Source of the DNA: Cycas panzhihuaensis
Lineage: Eukaryota > Plantae > Cycadophyta
DNA length: 64,000 bases
Assembly (NCBI GenBank): GCA_023213395.1
Contig: CM041465.1
Coordinates: forward strand, 151,473,741 to 151,537,740
Reading direction: 5' to 3'
This document shows positions 24,501 to 36,559 of this stretch, piece after piece; within the stretch, counting starts at the first letter, position 1; each line of letters starts with the position of its first letter. The notes beneath the pieces are model-generated. The model had not been told where the DNA came from. It saw nothing but the letters and a program-made list of their open reading frames with translations, and searched no databases. The position numbers were made by a program, and so were the translations under genes.

Positions 24501-26598
24501 TAAAAACAAGTAGGATCTATGTAAGTAGAGATGTAATCTTTAATGAACAGGTGAACCAAAACGAAAGGAAAGAATGCATACAAATTGAAGGGAGCACATA
24601 GATACATATGCCAATCGAAGAAATTTCTAAAGTCACTATAGTAGAGGAGGATACATCAGACAGTGAACTCCATGATGATAACATTTCAGAATAACCTAAG
24701 CTGATTGAAGAAGAGAAAAATGTATCAGAAGAGGAACAAAGTTTGTCACAGAGTAGTAGTTTTGAATCTTTAAAAAAATTACCTAAATGGTATGTTAAAA
24801 CTCTTGAAGATTTCAAAGGAAATGTTTTTTATCATAGAACTAGGTCACAAAAACATCAAAGCTTGCTGTGTTCAATTAAATCACAAATTTTTTTGAAAGC
24901 TTGAGATCATTCAGAATGGTAGAAATCCATGGATGAAGAAATAAAAGCCATCAAAAGGAATAAAACCTGGGAATTAGTAGATGCTCCTACAAATAAATCC
25001 ATAATTGGTTGCAAATAGGTTTACAAAATAAAAGACTAGTTATGAAAGGCTATACTCAAATTGAAGGTATAGATTATGAGGAAACCTTTTCACCAATAGC
25101 CAAACTAATTATTGTACATACAGTAATTGCAATGACAACTCAAAACAATTGGAAGATCATACAACTTGATGTAAAAAGTGCCTTTTTAAATGGAGATTTG
25201 GTTAAAGAAGTTTACATGCATCAACCAATAGGATATATAAAAAGTGGTCGAGAACATCTTGTTTGCGAGTTAAAAAATGCTTTATATGGACTAAAATAGG
25301 CACCTAGAGTGTGATATGCAAAGTTAGATTAACATCTATGACAAATAGGTTTTCTCAGGTGTGATTCAGATCCCAATCTTTATATCAAAATAAATAAAGA
25401 TAATCAAACAACTATCATTGTAGTGTATATAGATGATATGATAGTTACAAGAAATGGTGATGAAACAATCTGCCAAGTCAAACACCAAATGGAAAACTAG
25501 TTTGAAATGACAGATATGGGTCTACTCCATTATTATCTTGGTCTTGAGGTAAGCTAGCAAAAAGAGTCTGTTTTCATATCTCAGACAAAATATATGAAAA
25601 AGTTGCTTCAAAAATTCAAAATGAAAGAATGCAATAACTGTGCCACTTCAATGGAAATAGGTTGCATTCTAAATATAGATGATGATGGTCAAGTTGTAAA
25701 TAAAACATTGTGTAGGTAGCTAATAGATAGTCTTATCTACCTTATAACCATAAGACCGGGCATTTCATATTCAGTAGTAGTTGTATTCAGGTATATGCAG
25801 CATCCAAAATTGTCACCTTGGAGTGTTGCCAAAAAGAGTCCTCAAATACATTAAAGGAACTCAGACAATGGTTCTCAACTATGTCTAAACAACAAACCAT
25901 CAACTAATTGGGTATAATGATCCTGATTAGGCAGGAGATAGGCAACAAAGGAAATCTACCACAGACTACTGCTTCTCACTCGGGTTTGCAGTTATCTCTT
26001 GGAGCAACAAGAAACAGTCTATAGTAGCTTTGTCATCCACTAAAATAGAATACAAAGTGGCTGTAAGCGTAACCTATGAAGGAGTATGGATCAGACCGCT
26101 ACTCAAAGACTTAAAGCAGAAACAAGAGCAACCTACATCTATTTTTTGTGATAACCACAGTGTTCTCAAATTGACGAAAAATCCAATATTTCATGCCAGA
26201 ACCAAACACATTGAAGTTCATTATCACTTCATCAGGGAAAAAGTTCAAAGCAAAGAGATAGAGCTATTGTATTATAACAATAGAGAACAACTTGCTAATA
26301 TCTTCACTAAAGCTCTTCCAAAGGATAAATTCCAAAATCTCAGACAACTACTTGGAGTTGAAAACAAAAGATAAAATAATAAGAGAGGGTATTAGAGAAA
26401 TAATAATGTTATATCTTTTGTCTAAAGTTTCCTAAGGTAAAGCTAAAGGTTATGTGTCCAACCCCTTTTTGATGTACTTGTGACATTTGGCCAACATGCA
26501 TTGGGCCTTTATGTACACATGATGTATTTATATGAGAAATTTCCTCTCCTTATTAAAAAATAAAATCATTGTCTTTTGAATCATTGATTGTTCTGACA
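21596..26598 (+). mobile_element. Ty1/Copia LTR retrotransposon 'Copia-2', full length, decayed, related to Copia-1
   Basis: LTRs 21596-21805 and 26390-26598, PBS TGGTATCAGAGC at 21806, PPT aagagaggg, decayed TSD tctac/tttgc, gag-PR-IN-RT-RH motifs. Confidence 0.96.
22460..26374 (+). pseudogene. Copia-2 gag-pol (degenerate)
   Basis: EEVFASKLNL, WYIDLGASNHM, IHTDLYGP, LDVKSAFLNG, RTKHIEVHYHFIRE. Confidence 0.93.
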
Positions 26599-27184
26599 TT
26601 TGCAATAATGGAGACACCTAAATCTCTCCGAGAAGTCTTAATGGTCTCTAACATGGATTCCACTAAACTCCATTAATTTTAAAGAGGTGTAGTATGAATC
26701 CTCTTAAATTTTTAGCCTTCGGAGCTCTGTGGTGTCGTGTTGATGGATCGCACCATATCTTGCTAATATGTTGACTGAACCATGTTAAATGGAAGCCCGC
26801 ATGCATAGATGTAATCTGCCACTCTAGTGTCCACTTTCTGTGATATACATTGAGCATCAATGTTATTAGGTCAGTTTGAGGATGTGCCCTCCTTTTGGAT
26901 TCCTCCATCACCCTCTCCATTGCAGTTGTATTGGTTGATGAGGACTCCTCACCTCGTGTTGCTTACCTCCTCATTGCTTTGGCATACATTGCATCTTCCA
27001 TCTCTTTCTGGTATTTCTTAGTGACTGATGGAGATGATCATGGGCATGTAATAATCCCTTTGTTTGGGTCATGAAGTAAGTGGGCCTTCACTTTGGAATA
27101 AGAGGTTTGATATGGACCCTCCTCCCAAACACTACACTTACATGTATAAGATCATCCTCCAATAAATGAAGAAATTTTCGTCAT

Positions 27185-27580
27185 TGTTAGAAATTAATTG
27201 AAATGGAAATGGGATCAATTGACAAGCACATTAAAAGACAAGTAAACAATCAACAACAAGCCATAATGAGATAGATTTAATGTTGAAAACCCCAAGACGG
27301 GAAAAAACCACTCTTAAAAGTATCAATTGAATTGTGTTAATGTCAATATTCACAATGACTTAATCTCTCATCTTCATCCACCATAGTTCATTACATATCT
27401 CAATGCTTAATGGCTTTATATAATAAATGCCACCTAATGAGTATTCGATAGGATATAACCTTAATATTAACCAATCAACATCAAGTAATATTAAATGCCA
27501 CTTAGAATATCTTCTAATAGTCACATACTTTCAACGGGGAGAATCATTGATTTCCACCTCACTTTTGCCACCCCTAATAG
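27185..27580 (-). repeat. Probable solo LTR inside the hAT
   Basis: tgttag...ctaata ends and a gaaaaccc...gggaaaaaaccac motif resembling other LTRs in the window. TSD not resolved. Confidence 0.45.
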
Positions 27581-28431
27581 AACATTGTGAATTGCACAAT
27601 GAAAACAAATAGAATCAATTGCAAACATAGTAGAAAACAAGGAGAGAGAGAATAGTATAGAGTACTAGATGCATGGGTTGAAGCTGAGCCCAATCAATTA
27701 TGAAAAGGCTATGCAATTCAAAAAACAATGGGCAAGGTTTGAATATCACACTCCATCATAGAATTTACCTTGTTTGATTGCTCTTTTGCTTCGAATCGAC
27801 CTGTATCAACCTATAGCATCATCTTCCTTGGTCTGGCACTCCTTTTGATGTTGAGATTGGTGTAGAGACCTTTGGCCTAGTGAAAAAGCATCCATGGGCT
27901 ATTCCTTCCCTACCAATTTTTGCTCCTCATCTCTATGCCATGGGACTTCTTCACGCTGAGGCTGCATTATCCTCTGAAGCAAATCTTTTTACCTCAAATC
28001 TGAGTGCCATCTACTATGGATCCTTTTTGGAAGCTAACTTTTAGTGGGATATTGGGTTGTGGTAAGCTTCATTCAGGCAGATTTGGAGGCCTTAATCATC
28101 CTAAAGATTGTGAAGAGTTGTTAGGTGGTTGTTGGAGGCCAAATTGTGTTTGTGCAATCTAAGATCTACTTGCAGTCTTCCTTTCTAGATAGAATTTGTC
28201 ATTTTGGGTAGCCTCCTTTCTTGTGCTAATCTATTTTTCTTTAAATCGAAATCTTTTGGGTTTGTTCATTGCCTTCTAGAAGCATTATTTTATTTCATTG
28301 GTGTGGGTAGGAGAAGTTTGTTGAACACATATCAAGTTATCTACTCCAAATGGGGTATCAATAAATTGTCTCTAAAATTTGGGGGAGGTAGCTTTTTTCT
28401 TTCTTCCTGTGGTTCACACCTGTGTAAGTAA

Positions 28432-30140
28432 TGAGGGGGGGTGAAAATCCCTCTCGTTGATCCTTCAAAATGATCTTAATGGTAATAGGGTCAAACAAAA
28501 ATTTTTCTTTAGATGAAACACAAAATCTTAATAAACCCCCTCTTTAGGCTTCAAAGGACAATACCAAACAGAATAACTTTTTGAATGGATGCTGGGGGAA
28601 AGCATTGATTAATCCTAGTGTGTAAATAACCTCCTAGGCCTATAAGCATGCAAGTTCTTAAGAATATGGCCTCTAGAGATCTCCCTTAGGAAATGGGTTA
28701 AGGATAGATGGGGAGATAAACTTAACGTTAAAGGGGATATAGGTATTAAGCTTGGTGTGAAAGGCATCTTTACTATAATTTTTGCTACCCAGGAAGATAG
28801 AAACAAAGTATTTGAGGGAGGTCCATACTTTTTGAATTCTTTAGGACTATATATGAGATTTTGGACCCCTGGTTTTACCACTAGTAAAAACGATTTTTCG
28901 ATAGCCCCAATCTGGGTTAAATTGTATCCCTTCTATTGGAATTTGGGAATGAGGAAATTTTGAAGGAGATTCGAGATTCCCTAGGTATCTATATCAAGGC
29001 GTTATAAGCTACCTTGGAAAAACATTATACTGTTTATGCCAAAATATGTATTCAAGTGGACCTATTAATTCCTCCCCCAAAAGCAATCATTTAGGAATTT
29101 GAAGGAGGAGAATGGATTCAACATGTTGATTATGAACAAATCCCATTTAAATTTAGGATTTGCCACAAGCATGGACACCTCTAGAGAGACCACGCAGTTA
29201 AGAAGATTGCCAAGAGGGATGTTGAGATAGATTAGGATGGCTTTCAGCTGATGAAAAATAAGAGGGCCGAGGGCAACAAAATTTGGATTAAGAAATCTGT
29301 CCTCCAATCCCCTAGTCTTTATAGATTTGATGTTCTTGGTGAAGAAAATGAGGGAGATTACCTTTGAGGAAGAATTCCAGACTTTCTTTGAGATGCAACC
29401 CAAGGATGTGGAAATGTAAGGCAAAATTTTTTAGATTGAAATAGTGGGGATCAAGGAGAATTTTATAATGGTTAAGGATTTAAATGCTATGATTTGTGAT
29501 TAGGGACTGGATCAAGGTTGTCCTTTCAAACATCTTGAGGAAGTCTCTCCTCCATCTACTTCAGTTAATGGGGGGCATCTTGGAGGATAAGCAAGTGCAT
29601 TGCAAAGGCACGACATTTCTAACTCAAAGGATTAAGAGCCTTTAACATCTTGTGATGTCTACAAACTAGGAGATATAGATTAGACCCCTAATACTAAGAG
29701 TCCCCCAAGTGATGTTGTGCAAGGGGGAGGGACTCAGAAATAGGTGTCCTCCATCCTCCCAAAGGGCTTGAATCCAAATGATCCCTCCTTGGGCCTAAAA
29801 GGGAGACCTAAAAGTACTTCTAAGGATGAGGATGAAATTCATAGCAGAGGTGAGCAGCCATACTCTTTTAGTAATCCAAAGATACCTCTGGAGAAAAAGT
29901 CCATCCACAGTAAATAATCCTCGAGAAGATGGGGGAATGGAAGAACAAGTGAAGAAATTCAAGAAGGCAAGATCGATAAAGCTTGGTATTAAAGCTCTTA
30001 ATTATAAAATCAAGAAAGAGGAAACCTCTCATGGGAAAAAAGGGAGGAAATCTAACATGGGGAAACTTCTCGAGGGGCAATTCCTAGTTAGCTCTAGTCA
30101 AAGCCAACCTCTTTAGGAAGGCTACTTCCAACAAAAGAAA
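28432..30140 (+). pseudogene. LINE ORF1 (DUF4283 / zinc knuckle)
   Basis: KGIFTIIFATQEDRNKVFEGGPYF...MRFWTPGF...APIWVKL; IQHVDYEQIPFKFRICHKHGH. Confidence 0.85.
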
Positions 30141-32217
30141 TAACCAATCATGAAGTTGCTTTCATTGAATATTTTGTGTAAACAAAAGAATCTCAAGCAT
30201 AGAATTGCTTTTGAGAAGCTAGATATTTGCTTGATTCAAGAAACAAAATTGGATTCAGACAAGATGTCCATACTAGCTCAGAAGGTTTGGAAAGGATGTT
30301 GTGTTATGGCTATTGAATCTAATGGGGCCCTAGGAGATCTGGCTACCCTATGGGATCTTGGGAAGATGGATCAATGGTTAGTTCATTTTTGCATCAACCA
30401 AATTGATTGTCAATATTACTAATCTTTATGCCCCCCCTCATCTTAATTAGAAGCTCTCTTGTTGAACTCACTCAATAAGATTAGGAAGAACTTAGGAGAT
30501 GTCATTGGATTCTGAGTGGTGACATTAATTCCATTCTCAACCTAAATGATAAAAAGGGATGAGTTAGGATCTTAGATTAGGCAAGTATCACCCTCTTGGA
30601 GTGGATCCTATCTCATAGGCTTTTAGATATCCTTCCCAAAGAGGGTAACTTCACCTAGAATAATTGCAAGGGGGAAAAGCTCAAATTATGGTAATATTGG
30701 ATAGATTCTTGGTTAACCAGAGTCTTGTGAATGCTAACATTATGATGGAATCCAACATTATAAAGGGGAGCAAATCAAATCATTGGTCCATTAGCCTTAG
30801 TATTGTGGAAGATGTTAGACCAAAGAATTCTCCCTTTAAATGTAAAAATATTTGGCTCACACATCTAGACTTTCTAAGGAATGTTAAATAGTGGTGATAT
30901 GTTGGCGACTTAGGGAAAAGCTACTTTATGTTTCGCTTGGAGCTAAAGCTTAAATTTCTTAAAATTTGAATTAAGGAATAGAATAGGTAGGTATTTGGGG
31001 ATATTTTTGAGCTAAAAATGTCTCTGGTTGAGAGGATGGCACAAATCCAAGGAAATACTATATTTGATGAGATTACCCTTTGAGAGGAATCTCTTCAAAA
31101 GGAAACTGACAATTAGGAAATGAAGAACTCTTCTAGGAACAAAAGTCCAAGATTTGTTGGCTCCGGGAAGTAGATAGAAATTTGAAATTCTTTCACCACA
31201 TGACACTGAAGCATTGAAGTGTTAATAGAATCCTCTAATTAAGGAAACAAGTTGAAAGTATGCTTAATTCTTTGCTTGAGATAGAGGAGGAGTTGGGGAC
31301 ATTTTTTATGGAAATGGAAACTGAATCGCCTCTATCTTGGTAGGAAGCTTGCACTAAAGTTTACTTTGTCATTCTAAAGATACTTTTGAAGGATCATAAT
31401 AAAATTCTGCTCAAGGAAGTAACTAAGGAAGAAGCCAGGAATGTGGTTTTTAATATGAAACTAGGGAAGGCTCTAGGCCCAAATGGCTTTCCGACCAATT
31501 TCTATCAAGCATTTTGGCATATTGTGGGGGACGATGTGGTTAAAGTAGTAGAGAAATCAAGGAGTAGTCGCAAAATGCTTTAGACTCTCAATAATACATT
31601 CTTGACCCTCATTCCTAAATAATGAGATTCCTTATTGGTAGATAAATATAGGCTGACTGCCCCATGCAATATGTCTTACAGAACAATTTTGAAGGTTATG
31701 GCCAATAGGCTAAAAAAGACTCCCTAACTTAATCTCTTAGGAACAAGATGGACTTGTGGTAGGTAGGCAAATCTTGGATGGAATTGTTGTTGCCATGGAA
31801 ATAATCAATTCCTTGAGATAGAGTAAAAAGAGTGGCATGTTAATAAAACTAGACATATCGAAAGCATACGATCAATTGAACTGGGATTTCATTAATAGGA
31901 TCATGCGCACTTTTGGTTTTGATAAGGATTCGGTTGAGTGGGTTTGCCTCCTTTTTGGTGATGATCAATGCCTTGCCAATTCAGTAATTCAGATCCTCCA
32001 GAGGTGTAAGATAGGGAGATCCTCTGTGCTTGTACCTATTTACCATTATGACGGAGGGTCTTGGAAGGCTTATCACAAAGTGGAAATAAGATAAACAGAT
32101 CAAGGGGATCTGAATAAATAGTGATGTTGAACCGCTATCTCACCTGCAATTTGTTGATGATACAATGCTTGTGGGGTCAGCTTCACTTGTAGAATCCAAG
32201 GCCTTGAAGGAGCCCTT

Positions 32218-35200
32218 TGTTGGAAGATAATCTTTAATGGGTAAATGTATAATGTATTTAGGTGTAAGTTATGTCTTAGGGTCATTAATGTGGTAGTCCA
32301 AAGTATTATGTTAAGGTATAAGGGTCACATATTACAATGTTGTTACGTGAGTAGTTGAAAGTCATTGGTTAGTTAGTAGGTGAAAAATCATTGGGTATGT
32401 TAAAGGTCACTTGTCCCACATGTAACTCACCTCATCTTCATATTCCCACTTATTATGTATAAATAGGTGAGTGAGGTAGAGTAGATACACATTGAGTCAT
32501 CATGGAGTCTCATGGTGTGTTATTGTCATGGTTTTATTCTGATGTAGTTATCTTTGATATGAGGTAATACAATTCTCATTTTGTTCATTGATCTTGTACT
32601 TGATGTTCAATGGTCTCCATATGCAAGTTTAAAATGGCATTAGAGCAGGTTCCGTGCAAAGCATAGCATAGTGTAGGTTCACCATTTTATTGATATGCAT
32701 GGAGGTGGCTCCATAGAGCCATTCACCAAATTGTGGACCTATTTGCAAAAGGTGAAGCCCTAAGGCCATTAGTGTGTCAAAGCTTTTCTGGGTAATACAA
32801 TTCCTTTACTTTGGTATGTGAAGAAAGATATATATTAAGGCTTACTCCGCAAGGAAACTGGTTAAGGTGAATTTATAAACTTGAAAGAGATAATATATGA
32901 ATTTGCTAAATTTTGTTTGTATGGTGAGAGTTAAGGATTTACACCTATAAACATCTCCTAGGGTTTATATTGGTGAAATTGAAGTAAAATTACCATGTTT
33001 TTCTGAAGAAATCCTGTCATGGATAAGACTTGTATGCACAGGAAAAAGGTCAGTTCTTTCTGTATAACCCTAGTTGTTGCTTGAATAAAAATCTATGAAG
33101 TATTAATTCAGACCAGAGGGGAGGACGCTTACTCTCTATGAAAGTCTAAGAAACCTGCACTATGTAGAGGGATACACTTGGTCACATTGGGCGAGGTTCA
33201 TTGAATAATTGGTGAGGAGATGGCTACCTTGTAATGAAAGCCCTGCAAGCTTATTAATTTCATAGAGATTGCATGCTCTTCAAATTTGTGATTATGAAGA
33301 AGGTAACCATGTGAAGTTATTTCTACGTGAGAATTACATTTAGAGAGTTGTGATTTTTCTGCCATATCGTGATCATGAAAACCCTAACCAAACTCCATTC
33401 ATCTATGTAACCTTATGAAGCTAAAAGATCTGCTGGTCCATGAGCCGCCTTACCTGTTCATGGAGCAACCTCTATTCGCATGAAGTGCACCCGTTGGTTT
33501 GTGTTGCTTTGCTCCAGGCGACCTTATTTCTTCTTCTCGTCCTATTGCTATGACAGCTTCCATCGTGACGAAGTTGCATCCACACTTGTGCTTGCTGATG
33601 ATATTATCTGAGTGATGACGAATGTGATCGTTGAAGCTCCCGAGTGATGTTCCGTTAGTGTGATGTTGTTTGTCCTTGCTTGGCCTCCTCTGTCTGCCCT
33701 TGCTTTAGCTCCTGGGTGATTTACTGAATAGTCCGTGAAACTTCCGTGAATGGCCTATTAGCATTCGCTCTATGCCATCATCTACCATCAAAGGCCCTTA
33801 CATCCATTGTACCACTGTGCAATGCCCTGCATAATTTAAGTGATGACTTGCTATTGTGATCAACTTGCATGAAGAGTGCAATTCTATCCTGCACCATCAA
33901 GCATCAAGAAGCCCTAAGCCAGAAGACTTGCTGCCATCATCAACAATCGTTTGAGAAGAATTGATCGATATTAATCAATCTGCAAGCTGGTTCGCCGCCG
34001 CCAATCTGATTCTGTGCAGGTTTGATTTCAAACTAGAGTTATTTGCTTAAATTTGAGTTGAATTTAATTGGATTGAAACCATATGGAAATCTTCATATGT
34101 GAAATGGAGGTAAGGAAGATTTTTTTTTGTTGCAATGTCAAATTAAGATTAAATCAGATTAGAATGCGGATTGACGTCTGCGAGCCCCCTTGCTATTAAG
34201 CCCTTAGTCATTTGAAGTCTAAATGTGACCAACTACTTATCCTCTAAAGGGGCTAATCTCCTAATGACACAAAGTTGTTCTTTATAAAGAGGGGTCTACA
34301 TGTTTCTCCTTATATATTTGCATCCAGGTATCTGTTTTGCAAATTGTTTGAGGCGTTGGAACTGCATTTTAGAGATGGTCATTTTGGCATATGATCTGAA
34401 AGTATTTGCTACAAATTTGCTATAGTTTTACCAATTTGAAGTAGATACATAACTCTTGGGTAATGTTTTTCTCATAAACTCCTTCATACATCATGGAGTT
34501 GAGTGACATCATTATTTTTATACCTAAAAGGAATGAATATTGGTTGACAAATCATCCCTTCCCTTTACTCAAGTATATGGGGTTAAACTTTCATTTTTGG
34601 GCAATTAAAATGGAATGCATATTTAGGGCTAAAGGGTTATGGAAAATTATTCTTGATGGTATTGCATTGTTTAATGAAGAAGGGAAGGAGAATTTTAAGA
34701 AAAAGAACAGAGTAGCAATTGAGGTTATGCTTGCAGCATTTGACGAGGAATACCTTACTCCTTCCTGCCAGTTCCTCATTTATACACTTTAAAATGTTGA
34801 TTTTGTTAAAGAGGCTTGGAACTTGCTAAAGGAAGTGGATGAAAAGACCCTTGAAGAGGTCTAGGAGATTGTCAAAAGGACAAATCAATTTTGTGATGCA
34901 GGGAAAAAGGATGGCGCAAGAGAAAAGGTCTCTCTTGGAGAACAAGCTATACACAATAATCTGACAAAGAACTAGAAAAAGAAACTAAAAAGGAAGGCAA
35001 AAAAGGGAAATGAAAGCAATTAGATTGACTCTGGTAAGAGTAATTCTTGCATAGACTCATATGATGATCATAAGGAAGATGAACAAGTTTGTGAACCTAT
35101 CTCTAAAAATGGACCTGATAATTGCCATTCATAATCTGAGAGGGAAGAAAATGAAGAATTAAAAATTGAGAAGAAAATTGTCTCACCCATATTTTCTTCT

Positions 35201-36559
35201 AACATCTTAAGTTACAACACTTGGCTAGATAACAATGTATTGCAGGTTGCTGAGAGGTCAAATCCTAAAAGAACCTGTAAGAATGGAAAACTTGAAGTTG
35301 ATTTCAGTTTGGGTAACATTACCATAATGTCTGTTGATAGATTTGCTGCCAATTTCCAAATGATATCAGGTGACACAATTGCATGCATGTGCACAAAACT
35401 CTCTATGGTCACATTCAATATGGCAACATTTTCTATCCTTGTCTTTGAAAGAATTCAGGTTGTATTGTCATATGCAGTAAAGGCATTAGAAGACTCCATC
35501 CAAGAAAGGAAGGATACCTTGGATGAAATCGGATTTAGTCAGAATCTTGTCTATCCAAACTATTGTGTGTTTCTGGCAGGCTACCTAGTAATGAAGTGCA
35601 ATTGTGAAGCTTGTGCATGTGACCATGATAAAAATCCTCATTATATTTATCATAGCTTCCTTGGATGAAGAGGAGAAAACAAAGTATTTTGTTGAATCAA
35701 GATCAACACCAGTACTCATGAAGTTAGAAAAGAAACCATCACCATTCTTCTCTTTTCAAGAGATCATTTATTGGCTTGAGAAGTTGATCATACTTGTTGA
35801 ATCAGACACAAATAAGAAGAATTCCTTTCTCTTCATGGAAACCTTGAAGCCCAAATCATATGTTGCCACTTTTGATCTTGGATCCCATCTGCAGTTAGGA
35901 CACTCAGATATAATAGCAGTCACCAAGCAAGAAGCAGAAGATGACAGAATAGGCATGATACACAAGATTTGTTGCATTCTAGATGACGATTGAGTTCCTG
36001 ACATCATATTCAATAAGATACCTAGATTTAGGTGTTGCAAATTCAAACAACACCTCATGTCAAGTCTTGTGTCAGTTTTGTTGTCACTCCTTAGTATTTA
36101 GTGTCATGATGTATTTAGTAACATTAAACATTAAGGGGAGGTGTTAGAAGATAATGTTTAATGTGTAAATGTATAATGTATTTAGGTGTAATTTATGTCT
36201 TAGGGTCATTAATGTGGTAGTCCTAAGTATTATGTTAAGGTATAAGGGTCACATATTACAGTGCTATTAAGTGAGTAGTTGAAAGGTCATTGGTCAATTA
36301 GTAGGTGAAAAGTCATTGGGTATGTTAAAGATCACTTGTCCCATATGTAACTCACCTCATCTTCATATTCTCACCTATGATGTATAAATAGGTGAGTGAG
36401 GTAGGGTAGGTACACATTGAGTCATCACGGAGTCTCATGGTGTGTTATTGTCAGGGTTTTATTCTGATGTACTTATCTTTGATATGAGGTAATACAATTC
36501 TCATTTTGTTCATTGATCTTACGCTTGATGTTGAATGGTCTCCATGGGCAAGTTTAATG
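32218..36559 (+). mobile_element. Non-autonomous Copia-derived LTR element (truncated gag only, no pol)
   Basis: LTRs 32218-32634 and 36142-36559, perfect TSD CCCTT, decayed iMet PBS tggcattagagc, PPT aaggggagg. Confidence 0.92.
34493..35993 (+). pseudogene. Copia Gag N-terminal half fused to an unrecognised ~380-aa extension
   Basis: NFHFWAIKMECIFRAKGLWKII...KEAWNLLKE. The same frame continues through 35240-35668, then shifts to 35604-35993. Confidence 0.7.

Larger units (their letters stand above)
20050..27150 (-). pseudogene. hAT transposase (BED-finger remnant, DUF659, dimerisation region), split by Copia-2
   Basis: SKVKAHL at ~27090; GVSIIA|DGWTD across the Copia insertion; NVMQVIIDNAHVCRA; KFNTHLHTLAYALNPRYY. 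Confidence 0.88.
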
